From an uncultured cyanobacterium (lineage in GTDB: Bacteria > Cyanobacteriota > Cyanobacteriia > Cyanobacteriales > Xenococcaceae): a stretch of 64,000 nt of DNA. The notes beneath the pieces are model-generated. The model did no database searches. It worked only from the letters and a program-made list of their open reading frames with translations, and was not told the origin of the DNA. Position 1 is the stretch's first letter. Each line of letters begins with the position of its first letter. Shown here one piece after another: positions 10,441 through 20,259 of the stretch. The stretch spans positions 21,041 to 85,040 of the forward strand of contig CAWCWY010000005.1 in assembly GCA_963799375.1 (NCBI GenBank), written 5' to 3'. The translations under genes were made by a program, and so were the position numbers.

Positions 10441-11249
10441 GGAGGAAGGAACGAGGAACGAGGAACAAGGAAAGAATAACCGTTATATTGTTCTGCTGTA
10501 CTTTTACTTTCTCTTGGTTTTTTGATGGTATCGCATTAGCAAATAATGTCAGTCAAGCTCAATTGCAAAAAATCGAGCAGCAATGGCAAACTAGCGCACA
10601 CGCTTTGGCAGAGGTGAATTGTTCTAGCTGTCATCAAAATGAAGAAACGAATCAGTTTGTGGCAAAGCCGACAGAAGAAAGTTGTAGAAGCTGTCACGAA
10701 AATAGCGTTGATACTTTTTTGTTAGGCAAACACGGTATTCGTACCTTGGAAGGTTTGTCGCCCCTGACTCCCGCTATGGCTCATTTACCAATGAAAGATA
10801 GTTCCTTAGATCAACAAATGAACTGTAATACCTGCCATAACGTACATACCGTCAATACCTATCAGGCATCTGTTGATTCTTGCCTAACTTGCCATGCTGA
10901 CAACCACTCTTTAAACTACAAAAATTCTCCCCACGCCAATATATTCCGTGAAATTGGTACGTTACCCCGTCCTAATTCCGACTCTGTTACTTGCGCTACC
11001 TGCCACTTACCCAGACAAGCCTCTGGGGATGATGTGCTGGTTAATCACAATAATACCTATACACTCATGCCACGCGATCGCATGGTTCAGGAGGTTTGTA
11101 TGAACTGTCATGGTGTAGAACACGCCTTCAATAGCATCTTCGATGATGAACTTGTCGAAGCTAACTTTGCTCGTCCCCCTACTCAAAAATTGCGAACTTT
11201 TCAATTAGTGCGCGATCACGAAAAGAAAAGGTCGAGCAAAGGAAATTAA
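10437..11249 (+). CDS. exported hexaheme cytochrome c with HAO-like motif spacing
   Basis: CSSCH, CRSCH, CNTCH, CLTCH, CATCH, CMNCH; ATG at 10437 overlaps upstream stop (ATGA); signal peptide ending ALA. Confidence 0.9.
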   Translation: MRRKERGTRNKERITVILFCCTFTFSWFFDGIALANNVSQAQLQKIEQQWQTSAHALAEVNCSSCHQNEETNQFVAKPTEESCRSCHENSVDTFLLGKHGIRTLEGLSPLTPAMAHLPMKDSSLDQQMNCNTCHNVHTVNTYQASVDSCLTCHADNHSLNYKNSPHANIFREIGTLPRPNSDSVTCATCHLPRQASGDDVLVNHNNTYTLMPRDRMVQEVCMNCHGVEHAFNSIFDDELVEANFARPPTQKLRTFQLVRDHEKKRSSKGN

Positions 11250-11300
11250 TTACATCGATTCCACAATACTCAACCACAAATATTCAAAACTATCCTAACA

Positions 11301-11957
11301 ATGAACAACATCATTCAGAGAGTAAAAACCAGAACAATTGCTTTAGTGGCATTAGCGGTAACAATCTGTTTTACGGCGATCGCCTGTAGCGGTGGTGGCT
11401 CAACCCAAGCCACAGCAGGGATTTCTCCCGAAGTAGCGGTAGATTATGTACACACTGTATTGCTTGCAGACAGAACGGCATATACTAAGCACGTCGTAAA
11501 TAGATTAAAGAAATTAGAAGGGAAAGATAAAGCTGATGGGGTAATTCCCGCCGAAGCGACAGAAGGTTGGGAACAAGCTGGAGGTGTACCCCTTCCCGCT
11601 CAAATGTTCCGTTTGGGTTCAGAAGTGGCAGCCGAAACTGCTGACGAGAAAGGCATTGGTTTTACCTATAACCTAATTTCCACCTGGAACATCAATGATA
11701 GCCACGCGCCCAAATCCGAGTTTGAGAAAAAGGCGATGGAGGAAGTTAATAAAACAGGCGAACCATACAAAGAGTATCAAGAAATTGGCGGTCAGAAATA
11801 CTTCTCTGCTCTTTATCCTGATAAAGCCGTAGCAGAAGCTTGTGTTACCTGTCACAATACCCATCCCGTTCATCTGGAGCGTTATCCCGACAAAAAGTTC
11901 GAGATGGATGAAGTGATGGGCGGTATCATCATTAATCTTCCTATCGAAGAAAGTTAA
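11301..11957 (+). CDS. DUF3365 / Tll0287-like monoheme c lipoprotein
   Basis: Lipobox-like AIAC, PLPAQMFR, YPDKAVAEACVTCHN, VMGGIII. Confidence 0.85.
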   Translation: MNNIIQRVKTRTIALVALAVTICFTAIACSGGGSTQATAGISPEVAVDYVHTVLLADRTAYTKHVVNRLKKLEGKDKADGVIPAEATEGWEQAGGVPLPAQMFRLGSEVAAETADEKGIGFTYNLISTWNINDSHAPKSEFEKKAMEEVNKTGEPYKEYQEIGGQKYFSALYPDKAVAEACVTCHNTHPVHLERYPDKKFEMDEVMGGIIINLPIEES

Positions 11958-11967
11958 AACAAATGGC

Positions 11968-12028
11968 TTTTGGTGGGCAACACAACATTTGTAGTCAATA
12001 CCAGATTTGTTATTATTGCCCACCCTAC
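11968..12028. repeat. REP-like inverted repeat; second copy at 37876..37940
   Basis: TTTTGGTGGGCAA ... TTGCCCACCCTAC arms around an AT-rich spacer. Confidence 0.7.
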
Positions 12029-12118
12029 CATCTTTAAATGTTCAATGATAAATGTTTAATGCCTAAGAAAGATGCGGACACACGAATGTCCTTTCTCGCT
12101 TCGCATAATAAATGATAC

Positions 12119-12732
12119 ATGAAACCCAAGTTTTCCACATTAATCATACTCACTTTAATATCCGCAGCAATTCTTGCTCCTTTTGCGGTTAGCCCTATAT
12201 ATATACCTATCTTTAGAGACAAAGCTTTTGATGTTTTATACTTTCTCCAAGCCAGTCTCTATAAACAAATTACAGGCTATATATCTTTAGCATTTGTGAT
12301 TGCAGAGATGGTTTTAACCGTCGTAAACGGGGAAGGGGTTGGAAAATAAAGCTATCCGTACCAGGATCGATGCAATTATGGCGCAGACTGCATATATTTC
12401 TGGGAGTGGGTTTATTGGCAATAGTTTTAATTCATACTATCGGAGTTGCAGGAATTAACTTTAATGCTATCTTTCTCTGGGTATTTTTTGGCGTTAGCAT
12501 ATCTGCATTAGTAGGGATAGTCGCAGAAACAGGCGTTGTTGAGTCATCTCAAAAGCGTTTTTTTCCCATGCTAAAAACTGTTGCTGCTGATGGCAAAAAA
12601 ATTCCTGGTATTTCTAAAGGAAATATGATTCGTGGGATGCGCTCTTTATGGCTAAGTACTCATATTATCTTGGTGGGACTCTTCTTTATAATGTTAGTTT
12701 TTCACATATTTCTAGCCTATTACTATCAATAG
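12119..12732 (+). CDS. His-rich integral membrane protein (possible b-type heme binder); frameshift at ~12320
   Basis: One added base joins the ORFs (..LT.RKRGRGWKIKLSVPGSMQLWRRLHIFLG); membrane His in LHIF, IHTI, THII, FHIF. Confidence 0.7.
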
Positions 12733-12779
12733 CATTATTTGATTTACTAGCTTGATTTTATACGCTTTTAAAAAGATAA

Positions 12780-13319
12780 ATGACCTTAGATATTCAGCTT
12801 TTAGAAACCAGTTTTGACAAAGTTAGAAATAACGCAGTTGAATTTTCTGCTAGTTTTTACAGTCACCTTTTCACTCATCATCCTGAGTTAAAACCTTTAT
12901 TTGCCAAAGCCGATATTGCTGCTCAAGAGAAAAAACTGGTTGCGTCTTTAGCAATTATTGTCGAAAATCTTCGTAATCCCGAACAATTAACTATGGCTCT
13001 CAAAAGTCTTGGTGCATATCATCATGAAGTCGGCACAATCTCCGAACATTATCCTTTTGTGGGACAAGCATTAGTCGAAACTTTTGCTGAATATCTTGGT
13101 AGTGAATGGAATCTCCAAACTCACAAAGCTTGGTTAGATGCTTACAATTTAATCGTCGAAATAATGCTAGAAGGAGCAAAGAATCCAGCAGCCTATTTGG
13201 GAGGAGAATTAACTTTCTATGAATGGTTAGATTTATATGGAGAATCAAGTCCCAAAACACAGACAATGATTGCCAACACTACTCACTTTAAATACCGTAA
13301 CTATAAAGCTCCTAGCTAG
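12780..13319 (+). CDS. single-domain globin (flavohemoglobin-type fold) with C-terminal extension
   Basis: FYSHLF, AQEKKL, LGAYHHEVG, HYPFVG motifs. Confidence 0.9.
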   Translation: MTLDIQLLETSFDKVRNNAVEFSASFYSHLFTHHPELKPLFAKADIAAQEKKLVASLAIIVENLRNPEQLTMALKSLGAYHHEVGTISEHYPFVGQALVETFAEYLGSEWNLQTHKAWLDAYNLIVEIMLEGAKNPAAYLGGELTFYEWLDLYGESSPKTQTMIANTTHFKYRNYKAPS

Positions 13320-13364
13320 GGATTAATGGTAAATTATTTGATTAAATATTAATTAAAATTAATT

Positions 13365-13787
13365 ATGAAACGTAGAGAATTTATTAATTGGGCGGGGTTG
13401 GGTATGATTGCTAGCTATCTTCCTGTTGCTTTAGTCGCCTGTTCTAAAACTAGTGCCGATGCAGAAGATTCTAATACTTCTGATAGCAAAGAACCACTCG
13501 CTGTTGGTACAGTGGCACAACTAGATGAGACTGGTTTTTTGCTTAATGAAGAATCCAAAGTGATGGTAGTCAAGGATAGCAGTGGTAAACTCATGGCGGT
13601 AAATCCTACCTGTACTCATCAAGGATGCACGGTAGATTGGGAGCAAGATTCTAGTACTTTTGTATGCCCCTGTCATAATGCCAAATATGCGATCGACGGC
13701 AAAGTATTAGCCACACCCGCCCCAGAACCCTTATCTACCTATGAGGTAAAGGAAGAGAATGGCAAAGTTTTGGTTACGTTAGTTTAA
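13365..13787 (+). CDS. Rieske [2Fe-2S] protein with Tat/lipoprotein signal
   Basis: KRREFI twin-Arg, LVAC lipobox, CTHQGC and CPCHNAKY boxes. Confidence 0.9.
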   Translation: MKRREFINWAGLGMIASYLPVALVACSKTSADAEDSNTSDSKEPLAVGTVAQLDETGFLLNEESKVMVVKDSSGKLMAVNPTCTHQGCTVDWEQDSSTFVCPCHNAKYAIDGKVLATPAPEPLSTYEVKEENGKVLVTLV

Positions 13788-13796
13788 TTACCCAAA

Positions 13797-14720
13797 ATGA
13801 CATTATTTTCTCCAGAAATAGTTTTACAAAAGATTGAAGAAGGATGTGAATTTAGACAGGCAGAACTTAGCCGACTTAAACTAGATTCTGCTAATATCGA
13901 TCGCGCTAGATTTATTGAGTGCTATCTTCGCGGTGCAGTTTTTACCAATACATCTTGCCAGGAAACTAATTTTAAGAAAACTAATTTGGCTTTTGCTCAG
14001 TTTAATAATGTCAATTTGACTCAAGCTGTTTTAGAAAGAGTTGAATTAAATAGTGCTGTTTTAAATGATGTAATTCTCAACGATGCTAATGGCTACAAAG
14101 CTAAATTGTTTGGCATCAAACTTAATAATATCAAGGCTGCTCACCTTAACCTATCTTTTGCCGATTTACGACAGGCTACGGGGGAAAATATTTACTTAAG
14201 CAGTGCCAATCTTAATAAAGCTTTTCTGAGTAAAACAAAATTTGAGAATATAAATTTTGAGCGAGCTATAGTCACCAACGCTGGCTTACAGAGTGCGATT
14301 ATTAATGATTCTCGCTGGCACAGGGCAAACTTACAAAATACTAATCTAAGTAAATCTGAAATTACCAATGCTTATTTTAATGATGCTAGTTTGGTTAGCT
14401 CCCAATTTAGAGAAGCCAAGCTAAATAATGTAGATTTTATTGCTGCCGAGCTATTAGAAGCAAGCTTTTATGATGCAGAACTAAGTAATGTTAATTTTAC
14501 AAATAGCGTTATTTTATCTGCCAATTTTGAAGGGGCAAAATTATCCAAAATAAATTTTACAAATGCTAATTTACAAGATGCTAACTTTGAAAATACTGTT
14601 TGGAAAAACGTAGATTTCTCTAACTGTAATGTCAGTGGTGCAGTCTTTTCTAATGCTCGTGGTCTAAGTGATGAACAAAAACAACTATTAAGAAAAAAAG
14701 GTGCTTTAAATGTTAATTGA
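13797..14720 (+). CDS. pentapeptide repeat protein
   Basis: Continuous A(N/D)(L/F)xx repeats. Confidence 0.9.
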   Translation: MTLFSPEIVLQKIEEGCEFRQAELSRLKLDSANIDRARFIECYLRGAVFTNTSCQETNFKKTNLAFAQFNNVNLTQAVLERVELNSAVLNDVILNDANGYKAKLFGIKLNNIKAAHLNLSFADLRQATGENIYLSSANLNKAFLSKTKFENINFERAIVTNAGLQSAIINDSRWHRANLQNTNLSKSEITNAYFNDASLVSSQFREAKLNNVDFIAAELLEASFYDAELSNVNFTNSVILSANFEGAKLSKINFTNANLQDANFENTVWKNVDFSNCNVSGAVFSNARGLSDEQKQLLRKKGALNVN

Positions 14721-16438
14721 TTCTCCTGAAAAGACGATAGAAAAACAAAATATTCCTAACGAAAAAACACCTTTCAAAACAACCAAAGTGGTTAAATTTA
14801 TTATTGGTTTAGCCTTGGCAATTCTGGTTTTAGTAGTTCCTATAAATCAATTTTCAGCTTTACCCATCGCACCCTTACAAGATTTGGCAGTTCAATTAGA
14901 TGGACGCAAAAAGCCATTAGATACGGTGGCGAGGGAAACCGTGGCACAGATACACGGCAAAACTAGCTACACTGCCACTGATGGTACAAAATTAGACCTA
15001 TTTAGATACCTATCTTTCATTGTGGTTTAACGATCGCGACTGGAATCAAGAAGAGTTTATTTTGTTTAGCTATCGTCCCCTCAAAGAACAACTGGGACTA
15101 GATCCCGATCGCAAATACTTCTCTTTTGCTCAATTAATGCAGTCGGATCTCGGTGAAGTCATTATGACCACCAGAGAAAAGCAGGAGAATAATATAGACC
15201 TTGACCGAGACGACAGAGAAGCCCTAACCATTGAAGATCGATTAGCTTTAACAATTGCCACGGTAGGGGATGTTCGACTACCCTTAGTTCCTCATCCTAC
15301 AGATATCAAAGGTACATGGGTAGGAATCAACGATGCAGAACAATATTATTCCCCTGCTAAAGTTGCTCCGATCAAGTTGGACTATCAACAGCTAAAACAA
15401 GCCTATCGCGATAATCCCCAAGATCTAGTTAGTTTGGGGGGAATAGCTAACAAGCTACAGACAGATTTAGCCTCTCTTAGCCCAGAAGTTTATCCTAGCC
15501 TGGCGACTTTAGCTAGAGAAGTCAGATTTTACGGCTTACATCCCTTTGCTAAAGCCTGGATGCTTTATGGTTTAGCATTTGTGGCAATGCTAATTGTAAC
15601 TTTATTTGAGTCAGTACAATTTTATTGGGGCGCGATCGCCATCTTTAGTACTGGTTTATTAATTCATGGTTACGGCTTTATTGAAAGAATGCAAATTGCT
15701 GGTCGTCCTCCCGTTACCAATATGTATGAGTCGGTAATTTGGGTCGGTTTTGGCATTAGTGCGATCGCTTTGCTGTTTGAACTAATCTATCGTGCTAAAT
15801 ATTATCTACTGGCTGCTGCACCCCTTTCTATAGTCTGCCTATTACTAGCCGATAGCCTTCCTGCCATTCTCGACCCCACAATTAAGCCTCTTGTGCCAGT
15901 ATTGCGGGATAACTTCTGGTTGAGCGTTCATGTGCCAACCATTACCCTTAGTTACGCTAGTTTTGCCTTAGCTTTTGGCTTGGGTCATATTCTCCTGGCA
16001 CAATACCTATTTGCATCCAACAACACCAAACGCATTCGCAGCCTATCCAAATGGAATTATGGTGTTTTGCAGGTAGGCGTACTGTTATTAACTACAGGCA
16101 TTCTCTTAGGTGGAATTTGGGCGCACTTCTCCTGGGGTCGTTTTTGGGGTTGGGATCCTAAAGAAACCTGGGCGTTGATCGCTTTGATGTGTTACGTTGT
16201 CCCTCTACATGGGCGTTTGGTAGGCTGGCTTAAAGACTTTGGCATGGCTGTTACTAGCGTGGTGGCTTTTAATGCGGTTTTGATGGCATGGTACGGAGTT
16301 AACTTTGTTCTAGGTACGGGTTTGCATAGTTACGGCTTTGGTACGGGAGGATCGGAATTATTTATCGCGGTTTTTGTTGGTTTAGATTTACTGTTTGTCG
16401 GTATTACCGCATTCAAAAGTGCGATCGCAACTACGTAG
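14710..16438 (+). CDS. ccsA: long cytochrome c synthase CcsA/ResC (System II); frameshift at ~14998
   Basis: GRKKPLDTVAR, WLSVHVPT, WWD domain WAHFSWGRFWGWDPKETW, GLHSY; removing one C in gacctattt gives LDYLDTYLSLWFND and joins the two ORFs. Confidence 0.85.
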
Positions 16439-16454
16439 AAAAGCAGATAAATTT

Positions 16455-16487
16455 AATCCAGTTCTATCAAGATTATGGAACTGGATT
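16455..16487. terminator. hairpin between convergent genes
   Basis: AATCCAGTTC ... GAACTGGATT inverted repeat. Confidence 0.55.
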
Positions 16488-16496
16488 TCACAATCT

Positions 16497-17465
16497 CTAC
16501 CCTGCATTTAGAATGAAGTTGTCGGTCTTAAAATCCCAAAGCAAAGAAGATTGATCGCCCGATCTAATTGTCAATTGAGAGCCTTGAGTAATTTTTCCAA
16601 TTGAGTAACAGGCAATATTTCTCTCGCTAAACTCTTTGTTGACCTCATTCAAATTATGGGGCTGAATCGATAGCAAAAATCCATAGCTAGGAAAGCAAAG
16701 TAGCCAGGTTTCTAAACTTACGTTTGCGGGACTAATAATGCTGTCCAAATCTAAAACTGCACCGCATTTAGAGGCTTCTATTAACATCAACAAAGTACCA
16801 ACAATTCCTCCCATGCTGATATCTTTGCCCGAGTTACACAGATTATGTTCTGCCAAGTAGGGAAGAATGGCTAAGTTTTCCTGTAGCCGAACTGGATCTG
16901 CTTTGGTAGCAGCATTCCAAAAAGGGAATTTCGGGTGCATCTCTCCCTGGAAATCGACCGCAACAACTAACAAATCTCCAGGTTGGGCGGTAAAACTGCT
17001 AATCAACTCTTTTGCTCGTCCCAAAATAGCTACACCCAAAGCACTATAGGCACTATGAAAATTAGTGTGTCCGCCGACAATGTTTACATCAAAAGCTAAA
17101 GAGGCAGCTTTCATTCCTTCCAATAAAGGTTTGGCTTTGGTGATATCTTCTGTCCAAATCGTATCCACAATAGCGATCGCTTTTCCTCCCATTGCTGCAA
17201 TATCGCTGACGTTCACCATCACCGCACACCAGCCCGCAAACCAAGGATCTTCTTCTACCAGTACGTGCCACATTCCCTCTGCTGCTAAAAGCAAGTAACC
17301 ATCACTATCGGGGATAGCAGCGCAATCATCACCAACCTGGATCTGACTATTTTGTAAATCCAATACTTGACTGGCAACTTGTATATCTTGCTTCTGGATA
17401 ATGCCCAATGACTGCTTGAGTTTTGCTGCTAACTGTTCTAAATTGATAGAACCGCGATCGCTCAT
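16497..17465 (-). CDS. sll0787/NitF-family AIR synthase-like protein
   Basis: GDDCAAIPD.DGYLLLAAEG, DPWFAGWC.VMVNVSDIAAMGG, VGGHTN, KDISMGG, WL..FPSYGF. Confidence 0.85.
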   Translation of the reverse strand: MSDRGSINLEQLAAKLKQSLGIIQKQDIQVASQVLDLQNSQIQVGDDCAAIPDSDGYLLLAAEGMWHVLVEEDPWFAGWCAVMVNVSDIAAMGGKAIAIVDTIWTEDITKAKPLLEGMKAASLAFDVNIVGGHTNFHSAYSALGVAILGRAKELISSFTAQPGDLLVVAVDFQGEMHPKFPFWNAATKADPVRLQENLAILPYLAEHNLCNSGKDISMGGIVGTLLMLIEASKCGAVLDLDSIISPANVSLETWLLCFPSYGFLLSIQPHNLNEVNKEFSERNIACYSIGKITQGSQLTIRSGDQSSLLWDFKTDNFILNAG

Positions 17466-17667
17466 AATATAGATAATTGATTTTAGTGACTGCTTTGTTC
17501 TTTAATAGAGCATTTGGTTTGATTAAACCTGAAATGTTTTTTTCGATTAAAGGCAATTCAGGCTCTATTTATATTGATAGTAACTTTATATTATTCTCAG
17601 ATGAGGCTCAGAATCTTTCCAGAGAATAAGGATCGTTAAATAGCAACTAGGTTATGCAAGTAAAATT

Positions 17668-18213
17668 ATGAATTCAAAAAATTTGTTGAAAATAGTGAGT
17701 ATCTCCTCCGTCTTAATATTAATTATCGGAACTTCTAATATTGCTAATGCTGAAGAACTTACTATACCCATTCAATTAATTGATGAACAAGGAGTAAGTC
17801 AAGAAATAGGCAAAGTAACTTTAGAAGATAATGAATATGGTCTGTTGATAACTCCCGATTTAACAAATATCCCGACTGGAATTCATGGTTTTCATTTACA
17901 TGAAAATCCTAGCTGTGATGCAGGAGTGAAAGATGGTAAAGTAACTCCTGGCTTGGCTGCGGGAGGTCACTTCGATCCTGAGAAGACTGATAGTCACGAA
18001 GGACCTTACGGCGAAGGTCATTTAGGCGATTTGCCTCCTTTGATCGCCAGTTCAGATGGAACGGTTACTACACCTATCCTAGCTCCCCGCTTATATCCAG
18101 ACGATCTCCAAGGACGCGCTTTAATTGTCCATTTAAACGGAGATAATTTTTCTGATAATCCTCAAAAGTTGGGAGGAGGAGGAGCTAGAATCGCTTGTGG
18201 AGTTATCGAATAG
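17668..18213 (+). CDS. sodC: exported Cu/Zn superoxide dismutase
   Basis: Signal peptide; HGFHLH, AAGGHFDP, HEGP, HLGDLP, IVH, GGGGARIACG. Confidence 0.92.
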   Translation: MNSKNLLKIVSISSVLILIIGTSNIANAEELTIPIQLIDEQGVSQEIGKVTLEDNEYGLLITPDLTNIPTGIHGFHLHENPSCDAGVKDGKVTPGLAAGGHFDPEKTDSHEGPYGEGHLGDLPPLIASSDGTVTTPILAPRLYPDDLQGRALIVHLNGDNFSDNPQKLGGGGARIACGVIE

Positions 18214-18388
18214 AAATTTTGTCTTTTATTAAAAGGCTTTATTCTATGAAACTAGCTTGAGAAACTAATTGAAATGCGATCGCTAATATTCTAACTGTCA
18301 TGTGTAGAGTTTTCTGGTAATTTGGAACTGTTTTGCTTCAATCAGGATTATTAACTTACAGCGATCGCAGTACTAAAAAACGAAACTA

Positions 18389-18814
18389 TTATTTTCTTGA
18401 CCAAAGGAATTTCCTTTCAGATTCTTTAATCGGTACATCATTAATGCTGGCTTCCCTTCGCTTCATCAAGCCATTCTCGGCAAATTCCCAATTCTCATTG
18501 CCATAAGCCCGATACCAAAAGCCTCCGTCATCATGCCATTCGTATTCAAAGCAAACAGAAATTCGATTATCGGTAAAACTCCAGAGTCGCTTTTTGAGGC
18601 GATAGTCTAATTCTTTTGCCCATTTCCGTTGCAGAAAGGCAATAATTTCATCTCTACCACTAATAAACTCAGCGCGGTTACGCCATTGGGAATCAATAGT
18701 ATAGGCTAGTGCAACTTTTTCAGGATTACGTCCATTCCAACCGTCTTCGGCAGCTTGGACTTTGGCTTTAGCGGTTTCTAGGGTAAAGGGTGGTAGAGGT
18801 GGTTTGGTTTCCAT
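18389..18814 (-). CDS. DUF1348 / SnoaL-like (NTF2) protein
   Basis: [36 protein letters not shown]. Confidence 0.88.
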   Translation of the reverse strand: METKPPLPPFTLETAKAKVQAAEDGWNGRNPEKVALAYTIDSQWRNRAEFISGRDEIIAFLQRKWAKELDYRLKKRLWSFTDNRISVCFEYEWHDDGGFWYRAYGNENWEFAENGLMKRREASINDVPIKESERKFLWSRK

Positions 18815-18886
18815 TGATCTGATTATTGATTGATTGTCAAAAAAAGGGATGTTAAATATGCTTTCTATCTTTCATCCCTTCAATAA

Positions 18887-19331
18887 TTACCATTTCTTAT
18901 AGGGTAAGAATTTGCCACACATTACTATCTGAACGCGATCGCCTTTAGGATCTTCGACTTTTTCTACTTCTACGGAAAAATCAATTGCACTCATGATACC
19001 GTCGCCAAATTTTTCATGGACTACGGCTTTGATGGGCATTCCGTATACCTGCATGATTTCATAAAAACGATAGATCAATGGGTCGGTGGGGATTTGGGGT
19101 TCTAGGGATCCTTTTAGAGGTGCAACGGTTAAAGGTTCAGCCATTGATTCTGGTAAGCCCAAAGTAGTGACAATTTTAGTGGCTTCTTCCATAGTCTGCA
19201 CTGGCTTGACGATAGATAACTGAAGCAATCCAGGTTTCATCTCGTCCTACTGCTTTTTCTAGGTCTTCAAAGGTGATTCCTTTTTCTTTTTTTGCTGCTA
19301 ATAGTTTTTCGGTGATTTCTGAAATAGGCAT
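18887..19331 (-). CDS. cynS: cyanase; frameshift at ~19195
   Basis: ATG at 19331 gives [45 protein letters not shown]; second frame gives [11 protein letters not shown]...[13 protein letters not shown]...GKFLPYKKW. Confidence 0.92.
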
Positions 19332-19377
19332 TGTTTTTGCTCCTTAATTACTTATTACTTATTGCACTTATTACTTC

Positions 19378-20259
19378 CTACTTAATCCTCGCTTCCTCGA
19401 CTGCCCTAGTCTCTCTATATAAATGGTCTTCCATCTCTTTTTTCAACCTGGGATAATCGGGATGACTTTCGACGGTAGCGCGATCGCGGGGACGGGGGAA
19501 GGGTACTTCTAATACTTCGTCAATTCTGGCTGCGGGACCTTTGGTCATCATTACAATGCGATCGGATAGCAATAAGGCTTCTTCGATGCTATGGGTAATC
19601 ATGATCGCAGTTTTGCGCTGTTGTTCCCAGATTCGCTCGATTTCGTCTTGAAGAAAGCCACGGGTAAGGGCATCTAACGCCCCAAACGGCTCATCCATGA
19701 GTAAAATTTGCGGATTTATGGCTAAAGCTCTCGCTATGCCAACTCTTTGGCGCATTCCTCCCGATAGCTCGTGAGGATGTTTTTTTTCTGCCCCTGTTAA
19801 GCCCACAAGCTGGATGTTTTCTTTAATGATTCGCTGTTGCTGTATGGCAGGCATCTTGGGATAGACAGTTTCCACCGCAAACTTGATATTATCTTTTACC
19901 GTCATCCAGGGCATGAGGGCATAGTTTTGAAACACCATACCGCGATCGGGCCCAGGTTTGTCTACCATTTGTCCGTTAATCAGTACTTCGCCACCAGTAG
20001 CCGAACTTAAACCAGCAATGATGTCTAGCAGAGTAGATTTACCGCACCCCGAAGGACCAATGATCGAGACAAAGGTATTATGTTCGATATCGAGATTGAT
20101 ATCTTCGATCGCCATAAAGTCGGCCGAAGCTTGTCCAGTAATTTTGTTTAACCAGCCACTTCTGCCAGGGAACACTTTGGAAATATGACGCAAAGATATT
20201 TGAGCGTCGTCGACACTATCTGTAGTCACGGTTGATTTGTTAGAAAATGAGGTACTCAT
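19378..20259 (-). CDS. cynD: cyanate (nitrate/bicarbonate family) ABC transporter ATPase
   Basis: GPSGCGKS, LSGGMRQR, LMDEPFGALD; directly upstream of cyanase. Confidence 0.8.
   Translation of the reverse strand: MSTSFSNKSTVTTDSVDDAQISLRHISKVFPGRSGWLNKITGQASADFMAIEDINLDIEHNTFVSIIGPSGCGKSTLLDIIAGLSSATGGEVLINGQMVDKPGPDRGMVFQNYALMPWMTVKDNIKFAVETVYPKMPAIQQQRIIKENIQLVGLTGAEKKHPHELSGGMRQRVGIARALAINPQILLMDEPFGALDALTRGFLQDEIERIWEQQRKTAIMITHSIEEALLLSDRIVMMTKGPAARIDEVLEVPFPRPRDRATVESHPDYPRLKKEMEDHLYRETRAVEEARIK

Noticed and set aside
9793-11249. Calling the multiheme proteins NrfA or a functional HAO
   Set aside because: No CxxCK motif, too short, and the HAO catalytic heme motif and C-terminal region are missing.
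2700-19200. Programmed ribosomal frameshifting in crtD, ccsA, cynS and the globin
   Set aside because: No consistent slippery heptamers, mixed +1/-1 directions, and these families are not known to be recoded; sequence error is simpler.
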